A stretch of 64,000 nt of DNA from NCBI GenBank assembly GCA_951828385.1, contig OX639973.1, positions 2,241,561 to 2,305,560 of the forward strand, given 5' to 3'. The position numbers and the translations under genes were made by a program. The notes beneath the pieces are model-generated. The model made no database searches. It was given only the letters and a program-made list of their open reading frames with translations, and was not told the DNA's origin. Positions 41,298-49,684 of this stretch are shown one piece after another; the stretch's first letter is position 1, and every line of letters starts with the position of its first letter. This DNA is from an uncultured Poribacteria bacterium. Lineage in GTDB: Bacteria; Poribacteria; WGA-4E; WGA-3G.

Positions 41298-42851
41298 ATG
41301 AGATTTGATACAATCATTGCAGACGGAAGTATCGTTGATGGGACAGGTAAACGGGAACCGTTTGTTGCAGACCTCGGTATTCAAGACGATCAAATCGCCG
41401 CGATTGGTGACCTCTCGGACGCAGAAACGCCGCGTCGGATTTCAGTAGCAGGACAGGTTGTCTGCCCCGGGTTCGTTGATGTGCATGTGCATTCCGAAAT
41501 CGCTCTGCTCGGTGGACGCGACCAGTTCGCTGCTGTCAGTCAAGGTGTAACGACGCATTTAGCTGCGCCGGATGGCTTTGGATGGGCACCTTTGGCACCA
41601 GAGCAGGCGAAAGAATTGTGGCACTACACACAATTCGCTTATGGCGATGCTGAACTACCGCTCAACTGGCAGACCCCTGAAGCGTATCTTGATATGTTCC
41701 ACGGGCGAATCCCTGCGAACCTCTACCCGCAAGTACCCCACTGCGCTGTCCGCCTCGGTGTGATGGGTTGGGATCCACGTCCGGCAACTAATGATGAACT
41801 GAGAGCGATGACGCGCATAACCCATAGGTGGTTAGCGGAAGGTGCTTGTAGTCTCTGCTTAGGGTTGGATTATCAACCCTCCGCGAATGCCGACCTGAAC
41901 GAACTCGTGTATCTCTCAAGTATCGCTACAAGCTACGACGCAATCTATGCCGCGCATATCCGATACCGTATTCTCGGGAGAAAACAGGCGTGGGAAGAGA
42001 CGATTGAGATTGCTCAACGCGCTGGGATTCCTGTGCATATCTCACATGAACGGGTAGACGATGAAGTCGCTGATATCCTTGAACGTGTTGAGAAGGAACA
42101 GATTGATTTGACCTTTGAATCCTATCTCTATCCCGCTGGCATGACGCATCTCGCAATGATGCTCCCGATGGAATATCAGACGGGTGCTCCTGATGATATG
42201 TTAGCACATCTCGAAAACCCCGAAGTCCGAGAAAAATCGATTGCACACCTACGCGGTGAATTACGCGACGGTAGCCAGATTGTGGGTTACAACCGTTCGG
42301 GTCGGTTTATCGGTATGACGCTCGCTGAAGCCGCCGAAAGTGAAGGTAAATCTAACGAAGAATTCGCCTTTGACTTTATCTGCGAAGAAGCCGCGATTGA
42401 GACCTTTGTGATGCCGTGGGCGACACCGCCTGAAGCAAACGAACGTATCTTGAATCAGACGGCAAGCCACCCGCGTATGATGATCGCGAGCGATGGTGTT
42501 TATAACATTCCACATCCACACCCCCGGAGTTATGGATGTTTCGTGCAGTATCTCGGCAAGTTTGTGCGTGAACGTCAACTCGTCTCGCTGAAAGAAGCGA
42601 TTTACAAGATGAGTGGTTTCCCCGCGGAACGTTTCCGAATTTTCGACCGCGGCAGAATCAGTCGCGGACTCGCCGCGGATATAGTCGTTTTCGATCCAGA
42701 GACCGTTTCAGATAGGTCTACATGGTTTGATCCGGTGCAATCGCCCGTCGGTGTAAACTGGGTGTTCGTCAACGGCGTTTCAGTTGTTGAAGATGGGAAC
42801 GTGACGGGGCAGCTGCCGGGTAGAGTGCTGCGTCGGTCAACATGGGGATGA
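41298..42851 (+). CDS. Amidohydrolase-superfamily N-acyl-D-amino-acid deacylase (D-aminoacylase)-like
   Basis: 517 aa. N-terminus MRFDTIIADGSIVDGTGK...VCPGFVDVHVHSE (metal-binding HxH). D-aminoacylase-like length and layout. Confidence 0.75.
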   Translation: MRFDTIIADGSIVDGTGKREPFVADLGIQDDQIAAIGDLSDAETPRRISVAGQVVCPGFVDVHVHSEIALLGGRDQFAAVSQGVTTHLAAPDGFGWAPLAPEQAKELWHYTQFAYGDAELPLNWQTPEAYLDMFHGRIPANLYPQVPHCAVRLGVMGWDPRPATNDELRAMTRITHRWLAEGACSLCLGLDYQPSANADLNELVYLSSIATSYDAIYAAHIRYRILGRKQAWEETIEIAQRAGIPVHISHERVDDEVADILERVEKEQIDLTFESYLYPAGMTHLAMMLPMEYQTGAPDDMLAHLENPEVREKSIAHLRGELRDGSQIVGYNRSGRFIGMTLAEAAESEGKSNEEFAFDFICEEAAIETFVMPWATPPEANERILNQTASHPRMMIASDGVYNIPHPHPRSYGCFVQYLGKFVRERQLVSLKEAIYKMSGFPAERFRIFDRGRISRGLAADIVVFDPETVSDRSTWFDPVQSPVGVNWVFVNGVSVVEDGNVTGQLPGRVLRRSTWG

Positions 42852-42855
42852 CATT

Positions 42856-44283
42856 GTGGATACGTACGATTTGACGATTATCGGTGGCGGCAGTGCGGGA
42901 CTCGTGCTTGCTGTGGCAGGCGCAAAATTAGGAAAAAAAACCGCACTTGTGGAGAAGCATCGCATCGGTGGCGACTGCCTCTGGACGGGGTGCGTGCCTT
43001 CTAAAGCACTCCTGAAAGCGGCGAAGGTGGCGAATTACACCAGAAACGCGGCGAAATACGGCATTGATGTGCAAGACACTACGCCTGATTGGCAACGCGT
43101 GATGGATTATGTGCGGGGGACGCAACACGCTATAGAAGAAGAACACGACAACCCGGAGCGGTTCCGCGAAATGGGAGTCGATGTCATTTTTGGAGACGGG
43201 CATTTTGAATCCTCCGATACCTTCGTCGTGGCAGATACCGAAACCGGAGAGACACGCACGCTCAAAAGCAAAAAATTTGTGATCAGTACGGGTTCTCGTC
43301 CGGTAGCCCCCCCGATACCCGGGTTGGAATCTTGTGATTACCTCGACAGTGAAACCGTTTGGGAGTTGGCAGAATTCCCGGAACGGCTGCTCGTTGTCGG
43401 TGCGGGTCCGATTGGTATTGAACTCGGACAGGCATTTCACCGTCTCGGTGCCGACGTGACGATTGCCCAACGGAGCGAACGTATCCTCACAAAAGAGGAT
43501 ACCGATGTCTCTGAACAGATGCTGGGTTACCTCCGTGAGGAGGGGATCACGATTCGACTCAATACGAATATCACGCAGGTTGCGCAAAGCCAAGAAGGCG
43601 TAAACGTCCAGTTTAATAGTAGTGAGAACGGAACAGTAGAACAGGCGTTTGATAAAATCCTGATTGCGGCGGGACGCGCGCCGAATGTGGAAGGGTTAGG
43701 CCTCGACAAAATCGGGGTGCAGGTCGGTAGCCGCGGGATTGAAGTTAACAACAAACTTCAGACGAGCGTCAGGAATATCTATGGCGCAGGTGATGTGATT
43801 GGGCACTACCTGTTCACACACGTCGCTGCTTTTCAAGCGCAGCTGCTCCTCCGAAATATCTTCTTTCCGCTTTCTAACACTATCAACTATGCTGTCGTGC
43901 CGTGGACAACTTTCTGTGATCCAGAGGTGGCACGCTGTGGTCTGACCGAGGCAGAGGCGCGTGAGAAATACGGCGATGTTGACATCTTTACACTCGATCA
44001 AAACGATGTTGACAGAGCTGTTGCGGAAGGCGAGACGCACGGGTTCAGTAAAGTTATTGCGAGCCGATGGACAGGAAAGATATTGGGGGTCCACCTCGTC
44101 GGTACGAATGCGGGTGAGGTTGTGCATGAATATGTTCTGGCGATGCAACAGGGGATTCCGTTGCGGAAGTTGAGCGGGATGATCCATGTCTATCCGACGT
44201 TTTCGAGCAGTGTGTGGCGTGTGGCGGGCAAATGGTTCTCGGAGAGCACACTGATTCAGACGTTGCGAAAATTGTTTCCATAA
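42856..44283 (+). CDS. Class-I pyridine nucleotide-disulfide oxidoreductase (dihydrolipoyl dehydrogenase / mercuric reductase-like family)
   Basis: GTG start. FAD site DLTIIGGGSAGL. Redox-active disulfide GGDCLWTGCVPSK. Second dinucleotide fold LLVVGAGPIGIELG. C-terminal dimerisation HVYPTFSS. Confidence 0.8.
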   Translation: MDTYDLTIIGGGSAGLVLAVAGAKLGKKTALVEKHRIGGDCLWTGCVPSKALLKAAKVANYTRNAAKYGIDVQDTTPDWQRVMDYVRGTQHAIEEEHDNPERFREMGVDVIFGDGHFESSDTFVVADTETGETRTLKSKKFVISTGSRPVAPPIPGLESCDYLDSETVWELAEFPERLLVVGAGPIGIELGQAFHRLGADVTIAQRSERILTKEDTDVSEQMLGYLREEGITIRLNTNITQVAQSQEGVNVQFNSSENGTVEQAFDKILIAAGRAPNVEGLGLDKIGVQVGSRGIEVNNKLQTSVRNIYGAGDVIGHYLFTHVAAFQAQLLLRNIFFPLSNTINYAVVPWTTFCDPEVARCGLTEAEAREKYGDVDIFTLDQNDVDRAVAEGETHGFSKVIASRWTGKILGVHLVGTNAGEVVHEYVLAMQQGIPLRKLSGMIHVYPTFSSSVWRVAGKWFSESTLIQTLRKLFP

Positions 44284-44412
44284 CACGACAACGCGGACAA
44301 AACACCGTGGCGAAGCACACGCGCGCAAAAGATGCTTTACCCTCGAAATCCCTTAATTGAGTGAGTGGCGATTTCCTGAAAAACCACCACTCTACTGGAA
44401 ACATGACATTGC

Positions 44413-46041
44413 TTACTTCCGAATTAACATCTTACGCGTCGCAGTAAACTGCCCAGCTTTGAGCGTATAGAAATAGACTCCACTTGCGACTGGCTCTCCG
44501 TGAGCATTCTTACCATCCCAATAGGCAGCACGGTCTCTACTCTGATAGACACCTGCAGGCATTTCGCCTAACGGCAAACTCCGAACTAAAGCACCGTTCG
44601 CAGTATGAATGAAGACAGCGACTTCCGCTGGTTGCGCCAACTGATAAGGTATCCAAGTCTCTGGATTGAAGGGGTTGGGGTAGTTTGCCAAGAGCACTGT
44701 TTTTGGGGGTGTCGGTCGTGCCATCCGTGTCCCAACTGCCAAAAAGCGTTCTAAGATCGCGATCGTCTGTGGATCCGCACCGACATCCTGTGCCTCTTGG
44801 ATCCACTGCTGGACATCTTCTGCAGTGAAGGAGAAATCGTGTAGATGCTGTGCAAGAATAGGAGCCGCTTGGGAATCTACTGGTGCTTGGGCATCCACTG
44901 CCTTAGCAACAACAATGAGGTCTTCAATATTAACGACCCCATCTTTGTTGACATCCGCGCGTGGGTTTGCGCCATCTACGACAGTTTTTCCGTAGTTCTC
45001 TCCCACCTCAATAATGTCAAGATATGTGACACTACCGTCCCCTGTTATATCAACCGCTGCGAGTGGCTCCCACAAGCGGATTGTGTCGTCATCACTGCCA
45101 CTCACAAGAAGTGACCCATCAGAGTTCCAAGCAATTGTATTAACACTAGCGGTATGCCCTTTCAGAGTGGCTTTGTGTGCGCCAGTGGTGGAGTCCCATA
45201 AGCGGATGGTATCATCGCTACTGCCACTGGCAAGGATTGCCTCGGTTGGATGGAATGCCAACGTATGGACGTTACCGGTATGCCCTTCCAAGACGTGCAG
45301 CGGGGAATCCGTGTCCGTTGGGTCCCAAATACGGATGGTGTCATCGTTGCTTGCACTCGCGAGCAGCGTTCCATCAGGACTCCACGCAACCGATCTAACA
45401 GTATGCGTATGTCCGCGAAGTGTAGCAATGTTGGCACCGTTGTCTGGGTTCCACAAACGGACGGTACGGTCTCTACTTGCACTGGCGAGCAGCGTTCCAT
45501 CAGGACTCCACGCAACCGACTCGACATCATTCCGATGCCCCCGCAGTGTCCGAACGGGTCGACTTTTCCATGCGTCCCATGTTAAATCCCAGATACGGAT
45601 TGTGTCGTCATTGCTCCCGCTGGCAAGGATGGAGCTCCCCGGTTTAAAGGACAGCGTATTGACAGTGTTTGTATGTCCTGTGAGGTAACCTCTTATGTCT
45701 CCGTCATCTGTGTAAGACATCCCAATATAAGGGCGGAAAAAGAGTCCGCCGGCATAAACGACAAAACGCGAGTCATGCGATGAGATCGCAATATCAGAGA
45801 TTAAGAAGAGATCCACTTCGGTATGCCAAGGTTGTGCACCCGTGTCAAGATCCCAAAAGCGAAGGTCGCTATCGCCTCCCACACTGATAAGTGTGCTATC
45901 GTCTTTGAATGCCACTGCAGAGACATGAATTTTATGCCCGCTGAGCGTCCGAGTATGGAAGTACTCTTCGGCAGCGGCAAAAGGTAAAGTAACTGTGAAA
46001 ATGGACAGTAGCGTTAAAATCAAAAGGCTTATTTTTTTCAT
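44413..46041 (-). CDS. Secreted WD40 beta-propeller protein with a dockerin-like repeat and a T9SS-type (Por_Secre_tail/FlgD-Ig-like) C-terminal domain
   Basis: Signal peptide, about 7 WD40 repeats (LRGHTHTVRSVAWSPDGTLLASASNDDTIRIWD etc.), dockerin-like DVNKDGVVNIEDLIVVAKAV, C-terminal NYPNPFNPETWIPYQL...GVYFYTLKAG. Confidence 0.8.
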   Translation of the reverse strand: MKKISLLILTLLSIFTVTLPFAAAEEYFHTRTLSGHKIHVSAVAFKDDSTLISVGGDSDLRFWDLDTGAQPWHTEVDLFLISDIAISSHDSRFVVYAGGLFFRPYIGMSYTDDGDIRGYLTGHTNTVNTLSFKPGSSILASGSNDDTIRIWDLTWDAWKSRPVRTLRGHRNDVESVAWSPDGTLLASASRDRTVRLWNPDNGANIATLRGHTHTVRSVAWSPDGTLLASASNDDTIRIWDPTDTDSPLHVLEGHTGNVHTLAFHPTEAILASGSSDDTIRLWDSTTGAHKATLKGHTASVNTIAWNSDGSLLVSGSDDDTIRLWEPLAAVDITGDGSVTYLDIIEVGENYGKTVVDGANPRADVNKDGVVNIEDLIVVAKAVDAQAPVDSQAAPILAQHLHDFSFTAEDVQQWIQEAQDVGADPQTIAILERFLAVGTRMARPTPPKTVLLANYPNPFNPETWIPYQLAQPAEVAVFIHTANGALVRSLPLGEMPAGVYQSRDRAAYWDGKNAHGEPVASGVYFYTLKAGQFTATRKMLIRK

Positions 46042-46120
46042 CTGAATGCATCCTTTCCCGAAAACACTTTCGGGTGTAGATAATTTATGTTGCCCTAAAT
46101 TGCTCAAACTTTCAGTCGTT

Positions 46121-46179
46121 GTTTAATGATACAATTTGAAGGTCAAAAAGGTGCATAATGGGAAAAAAAATTGAATGAG
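46121..46179 (-). promoter_or_regulatory. Conserved ~55-bp upstream element, copy A (between the ECF-fusion 1 stop and the WD40 gene start)
   Basis: gtttaatgatacaatttgaaggtcaaaaaggtgcataatgggaaaaaaaattgaatgag. Matches copy B 49280-49338 at about 50 of 59 positions. On the coding (minus) strand it carries TGCACC-18-TATCAT. Confidence 0.55.
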
Positions 46180-46220
46180 ATGAAAATAAGCGGTTTTTGA
46201 TGGGAGAATTGCTGGGAATA

Positions 46221-49200
46221 TCAATCGTTTTTCTTCTCAAGCGCGGCATAAAACATCCCGCTCCGTTCGGTAACAATATAAAGCCTGTTACGCTTGACAG
46301 CAACAGAAATGACGCGGCTTGGTACGTTTGGCGAGATCTGTTCCCATCTGCCCCGAGTATCCAATTGATAGGCACCCGTATCGCCAGCACCATAAACGGT
46401 TATATCATCTACGGCAACTCGGGCTATGACGGTGTGTGTACCACCTTTATCGGTGATTGCGCGCCAATTTTCACCGTCTGCCGATGTTAAGACCCCCGCG
46501 TCTGTGGCGACATAAACCGTTGAACCCGCAAAAACAATATCGTTGAAATGTTCAAATCGAAGTGGCAGTGTTGCGGTCAGGTCTTTCCATGTGTTCCCGC
46601 TATCAAACGATCGGAACAGATGTCCATCCCGTTTGCCAACGTAGACGGTTTCACCTGAAACAGCCAGAACGAAATGATCGGGCCCCTCATGGTTAGTAGG
46701 TGCGTCAATGTCTACCAGCCCAGTGTCGAACCATTCAGGTTCGCCGCGTCTCCACCGCAGGAGCCGCCCCTGATATTCCACATAGAACGTATCACCGCTG
46801 ACTGCAAACGCGCTGTGAGATGCTATGGACTCGCGGGTTGTGTCTATCGATTTATCGGCTTTCTCAGGATCGTTAGGGGCAGCGTCGGGTATATTTCTTT
46901 CCGACATCTCTTGTGATGCAGTTTTTGGAGGCTCAATAGAAAGATTTTCACCCAAAACAGGGGCTTCTGGCATAAGCACCAGCACACCGCCATTCTTAGA
47001 AAGATGGAAGATGCGCTGCTCGGTACCTTCTATGTCTACGGAAAGTGCGGTGCCGATGCAGTAGAGTTTATCGTCAGAAATTGCCAGCTGCGAAGAACGG
47101 AGTAGAAGACCGACAGCCAATACCGATCCTAATTCTGGTGTTAATTGATCAGGGCTGAATCGCAGGTCTCTCCATGACATCCCACCGTCGGTGGATTTCG
47201 CGATATTTGTACCGGTATAGGCGTAGAGTGCGTTTTTGAATGCGACTAAGTTAGATATCTGGGTTCCGACCATGCCTGTCATAAACGGATGCCACGATTC
47301 GCCAGCATCGGTTGAACGGATAAGTCCAAAAGGACTGGCTTTGAACAGGATATTTTCGTTCATGCCAATAGCGGGGAATACACTCAGCATAAACGAATTC
47401 ATCATTGAAAGCGGATCCAATTTTTTGTATCCGTGGTTTGTCCATGTTTCGCCGCCGTCAGTCGATCGGCATTGGAAGCCGGTGTATCCCAATGCCCAAA
47501 GCGTTTTTCCAGCAGTAAGGACCTTAATGCCCGGGGATAGCATCGTCAAGACTGGCTCGCTTGTAGGTGTGATTTCAGTCCACGAATCGCCGAAATCGGT
47601 TGACCGGAAAATTTCCCACATAGACTGCCCGGCAGACACCTCTTCGCGTATTTCATCCTCTTTAAAGGCTCCCAAGTCGGGACCTGTCCCGACATAGAGG
47701 TTGCTTTCAGAAACCGCTAAGGAGTGGATAGCCTTAGTGGTCGTTAGCGGCAATTTTTCCCACATATCCATTGCCGAATTATGCCCTGGATTGATACGGT
47801 AGAGTCCCTGATTCGTTCCGATAAACATTGTGTTTTCAAGAGTAGCCAAAGCAAAGATTTTTCTATCCGTCACTTCACCACCGAGGGGTGTCCACTGCTG
47901 TCCCCTATCTTCGGATCGGAAAACACCTTTATCTCTCAGCAGGAGGTATAAGGCTTCATCCGTTACGGCCAATGCGACAGCAATACCTTCGGGGCGGGTG
48001 CCAATCGGCTCCCACATCTCGCCGCTATCGGTTGAGATAAGTACTTTATCATCAGAAATAAGATAAAGGGTTCCGTTTTGCTCCGCCATCGGTATCATGG
48101 GGGGTGCCTCCGTAGGTGTCTCCAAAGTTGTTGTAGGGCTGAGGAACGTCCATGCTCGTGTGTCTGGCGTTAATCTATAGACACCGAGACGCGAAGCGGC
48201 GTAGATATCGCCATTTGAACTTACCAGTAAGCCGCCTACGGGGCCGCTCGCTGGTACGCTCGCGGGTCTCCACTGCTGTGGTGTTGTCAGTGGTTCCTTT
48301 TCTATCTGCGCGACAGCAGGGACAACAGGCTCTGAAACTTGCGGCCCGGCACCGCTGCCCCGACCCGTGGTATCAGAACGTCCGGCTTGGTTCCGTAGGT
48401 CCGGTTCCGCCTGCGTATCAATAACAATGGGTGTGTCAATAATTTCAACAGTGGTTTCCGATTGGGCATTCAAGTTGTAAGGTCTCTGAAAGCGACTCAG
48501 GTATTGGGACCCGACACCGATCATCAGCATTATAAGAATGGTAGCGGTGCCAAAAGCGATCCAGGGTAGCAACGGTTTTCCAACCGAAGGTGGTGCTGGT
48601 TTGATGTCGGCAACTTGCTGCATAATACGCTCAATGAAATTGGCAGGCATCTGGACGTTTCCAAGCGTTTCGCTAATCAGGTGCTCTTCGGCTTGTAAAC
48701 GCTCCCGTGCCCGGCGAAGCCGACTTTTAATGGTGTTCACCGATACCCCTAAGAAATTGCCAATCTCCTTCGCCGTCATTTCACCGAGGTAGTAGAGCGT
48801 TACCACCGTCCGTTCACTCTCTGGCAATGTTTCCAGAAGCTCTTTGACGATTTCGTGGCGATGTTCCATCGCTTCCGCCTCCCGTTGCTCCGATACATAA
48901 CGTCTATAAGAAAATGCCTCTACGTCCGCTACAGATGTGTCATCCAGGGATTGCATCGCGGGTTTGTTGCTTTGATGCCACCTCTTGCAAAGATTACTCG
49001 CAATCACATAAAGCCATCCAGCAAACTGGCTGGGATTCCTCAGCCTTGCAAGGTTTTTGTATGCTTGGAGGAAGGCATCTTGGGCAATCTCTTCAGCGAT
49101 GTGAAAATCGCCAATCTTCCGCCACGCCAGCGCGTGAACGCTTTTTTGGTACTTTTGGACCAAAGCACTAAATGCCGCTTCATCACCCGACAAAATTCTG

Positions 49201-49229
49201 TGAATCAGTTGAACATCGTTTTCCACCAT
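46221..49229 (-). CDS. Membrane-tethered ECF sigma factor fused, via one TM helix, to a large extracytoplasmic BNR-repeat beta-propeller domain (paralog 1)
   Basis: N-terminal ~190 aa has sigma70 regions 2 and 4 (HIAEEIAQDAFLQAYKNL...; LGEMTAKEIGNFLGVSVNTIKSRLRRARERL). TM helix PLLPWIAFGTATILIMLMIGV. At least 8 Sx(D/S)xGxxW BNR motifs in the remaining ~800 aa. Start taken at MVENDVQ (49229) by homology with paralog 2. Confidence 0.8.
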   Translation of the reverse strand: MVENDVQLIHRILSGDEAAFSALVQKYQKSVHALAWRKIGDFHIAEEIAQDAFLQAYKNLARLRNPSQFAGWLYVIASNLCKRWHQSNKPAMQSLDDTSVADVEAFSYRRYVSEQREAEAMEHRHEIVKELLETLPESERTVVTLYYLGEMTAKEIGNFLGVSVNTIKSRLRRARERLQAEEHLISETLGNVQMPANFIERIMQQVADIKPAPPSVGKPLLPWIAFGTATILIMLMIGVGSQYLSRFQRPYNLNAQSETTVEIIDTPIVIDTQAEPDLRNQAGRSDTTGRGSGAGPQVSEPVVPAVAQIEKEPLTTPQQWRPASVPASGPVGGLLVSSNGDIYAASRLGVYRLTPDTRAWTFLSPTTTLETPTEAPPMIPMAEQNGTLYLISDDKVLISTDSGEMWEPIGTRPEGIAVALAVTDEALYLLLRDKGVFRSEDRGQQWTPLGGEVTDRKIFALATLENTMFIGTNQGLYRINPGHNSAMDMWEKLPLTTTKAIHSLAVSESNLYVGTGPDLGAFKEDEIREEVSAGQSMWEIFRSTDFGDSWTEITPTSEPVLTMLSPGIKVLTAGKTLWALGYTGFQCRSTDGGETWTNHGYKKLDPLSMMNSFMLSVFPAIGMNENILFKASPFGLIRSTDAGESWHPFMTGMVGTQISNLVAFKNALYAYTGTNIAKSTDGGMSWRDLRFSPDQLTPELGSVLAVGLLLRSSQLAISDDKLYCIGTALSVDIEGTEQRIFHLSKNGGVLVLMPEAPVLGENLSIEPPKTASQEMSERNIPDAAPNDPEKADKSIDTTRESIASHSAFAVSGDTFYVEYQGRLLRWRRGEPEWFDTGLVDIDAPTNHEGPDHFVLAVSGETVYVGKRDGHLFRSFDSGNTWKDLTATLPLRFEHFNDIVFAGSTVYVATDAGVLTSADGENWRAITDKGGTHTVIARVAVDDITVYGAGDTGAYQLDTRGRWEQISPNVPSRVISVAVKRNRLYIVTERSGMFYAALEKKND

Positions 49230-49279
49230 CAGCATTCTCCATGTCTCACGCATAAACGTGATTGTGTTTACATTCAAAT

Positions 49280-49338
49280 TGTTAATGATACAATTTTAAG
49301 GCGGAAAGGGTGCATGATTTGAAAAAAAATTGATACCC
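49280..49338 (-). promoter_or_regulatory. Conserved ~55-bp upstream element, copy B (about 55-110 nt upstream of the ECF-fusion 1 start)
   Basis: tgttaatgatacaattttaaggcggaaagggtgcatgatttgaaaaaaaattgataccc. See copies A and C. Confidence 0.55.
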
Positions 49339-49380
49339 ATAGGGTTTGGATTATAGTAAATTCCAAAAATAACACACTTT

Positions 49381-49575
49381 CAACACCGCAAAACCGCACC
49401 TACCGGACCTGGGAACTGAGACGGGATTCAAGAGGGTTTTGAAGTCCTCAAGGTTTCCGCGTAGTATCCGGTTCGGTTAGGAATGCAGGTCGCATTTGGG
49501 CGTGTACGCCGCGATGCACGTCGCATCTGGGCGTGTACGCCGCAAAAACCGAACCTACCGGGCCTGGGTCTGAAA
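49381..49575. repeat. Complex intergenic repeat region. Direct copies of CAAAACCGCACCTACCGGRCCTGGG flank a 2x direct repeat GTCGCATYTGGGCGTGTACGCCGC.
   Basis: 49389-49413 and 49545-49570 carry the flanking motif. The inner repeats are at about 49485 and about 49517. A further inverted copy of the flanking motif lies at 20643-20665. Confidence 0.6.
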
Positions 49576-49684
49576 CGGTTAAGGTAGGTCGTACGGGAAT
49601 GGATATGTTAAAAGTGCGCGCTAAATGTAGGAACAAAAAAGTCCTACTTTTTCAAGTTCAACTTTAAGATTTTGTGTGTCAAGT

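Noticed and set aside
45014-45688. 224-aa plus-strand ORF with SSLLPLAR-type repeats
   Set aside because: It lies antisense to the WD40 repeat region of gene 44413-46041. Its repetitiveness mirrors the WD40 repeats on the other strand. It has no start context.
46121-46179. Sigma54 (-24 TGGCAC / -12 TTGC) promoter interpretation of the conserved 55-bp element
   Set aside because: Only copy C has a GCAC...TTGC arrangement. Its spacing is off by 2 nt, and copies A and B lack the TTGC. A sigma70-like TGCACC-18-TATCAT reading, or an operator site, fits better but remains unproven.
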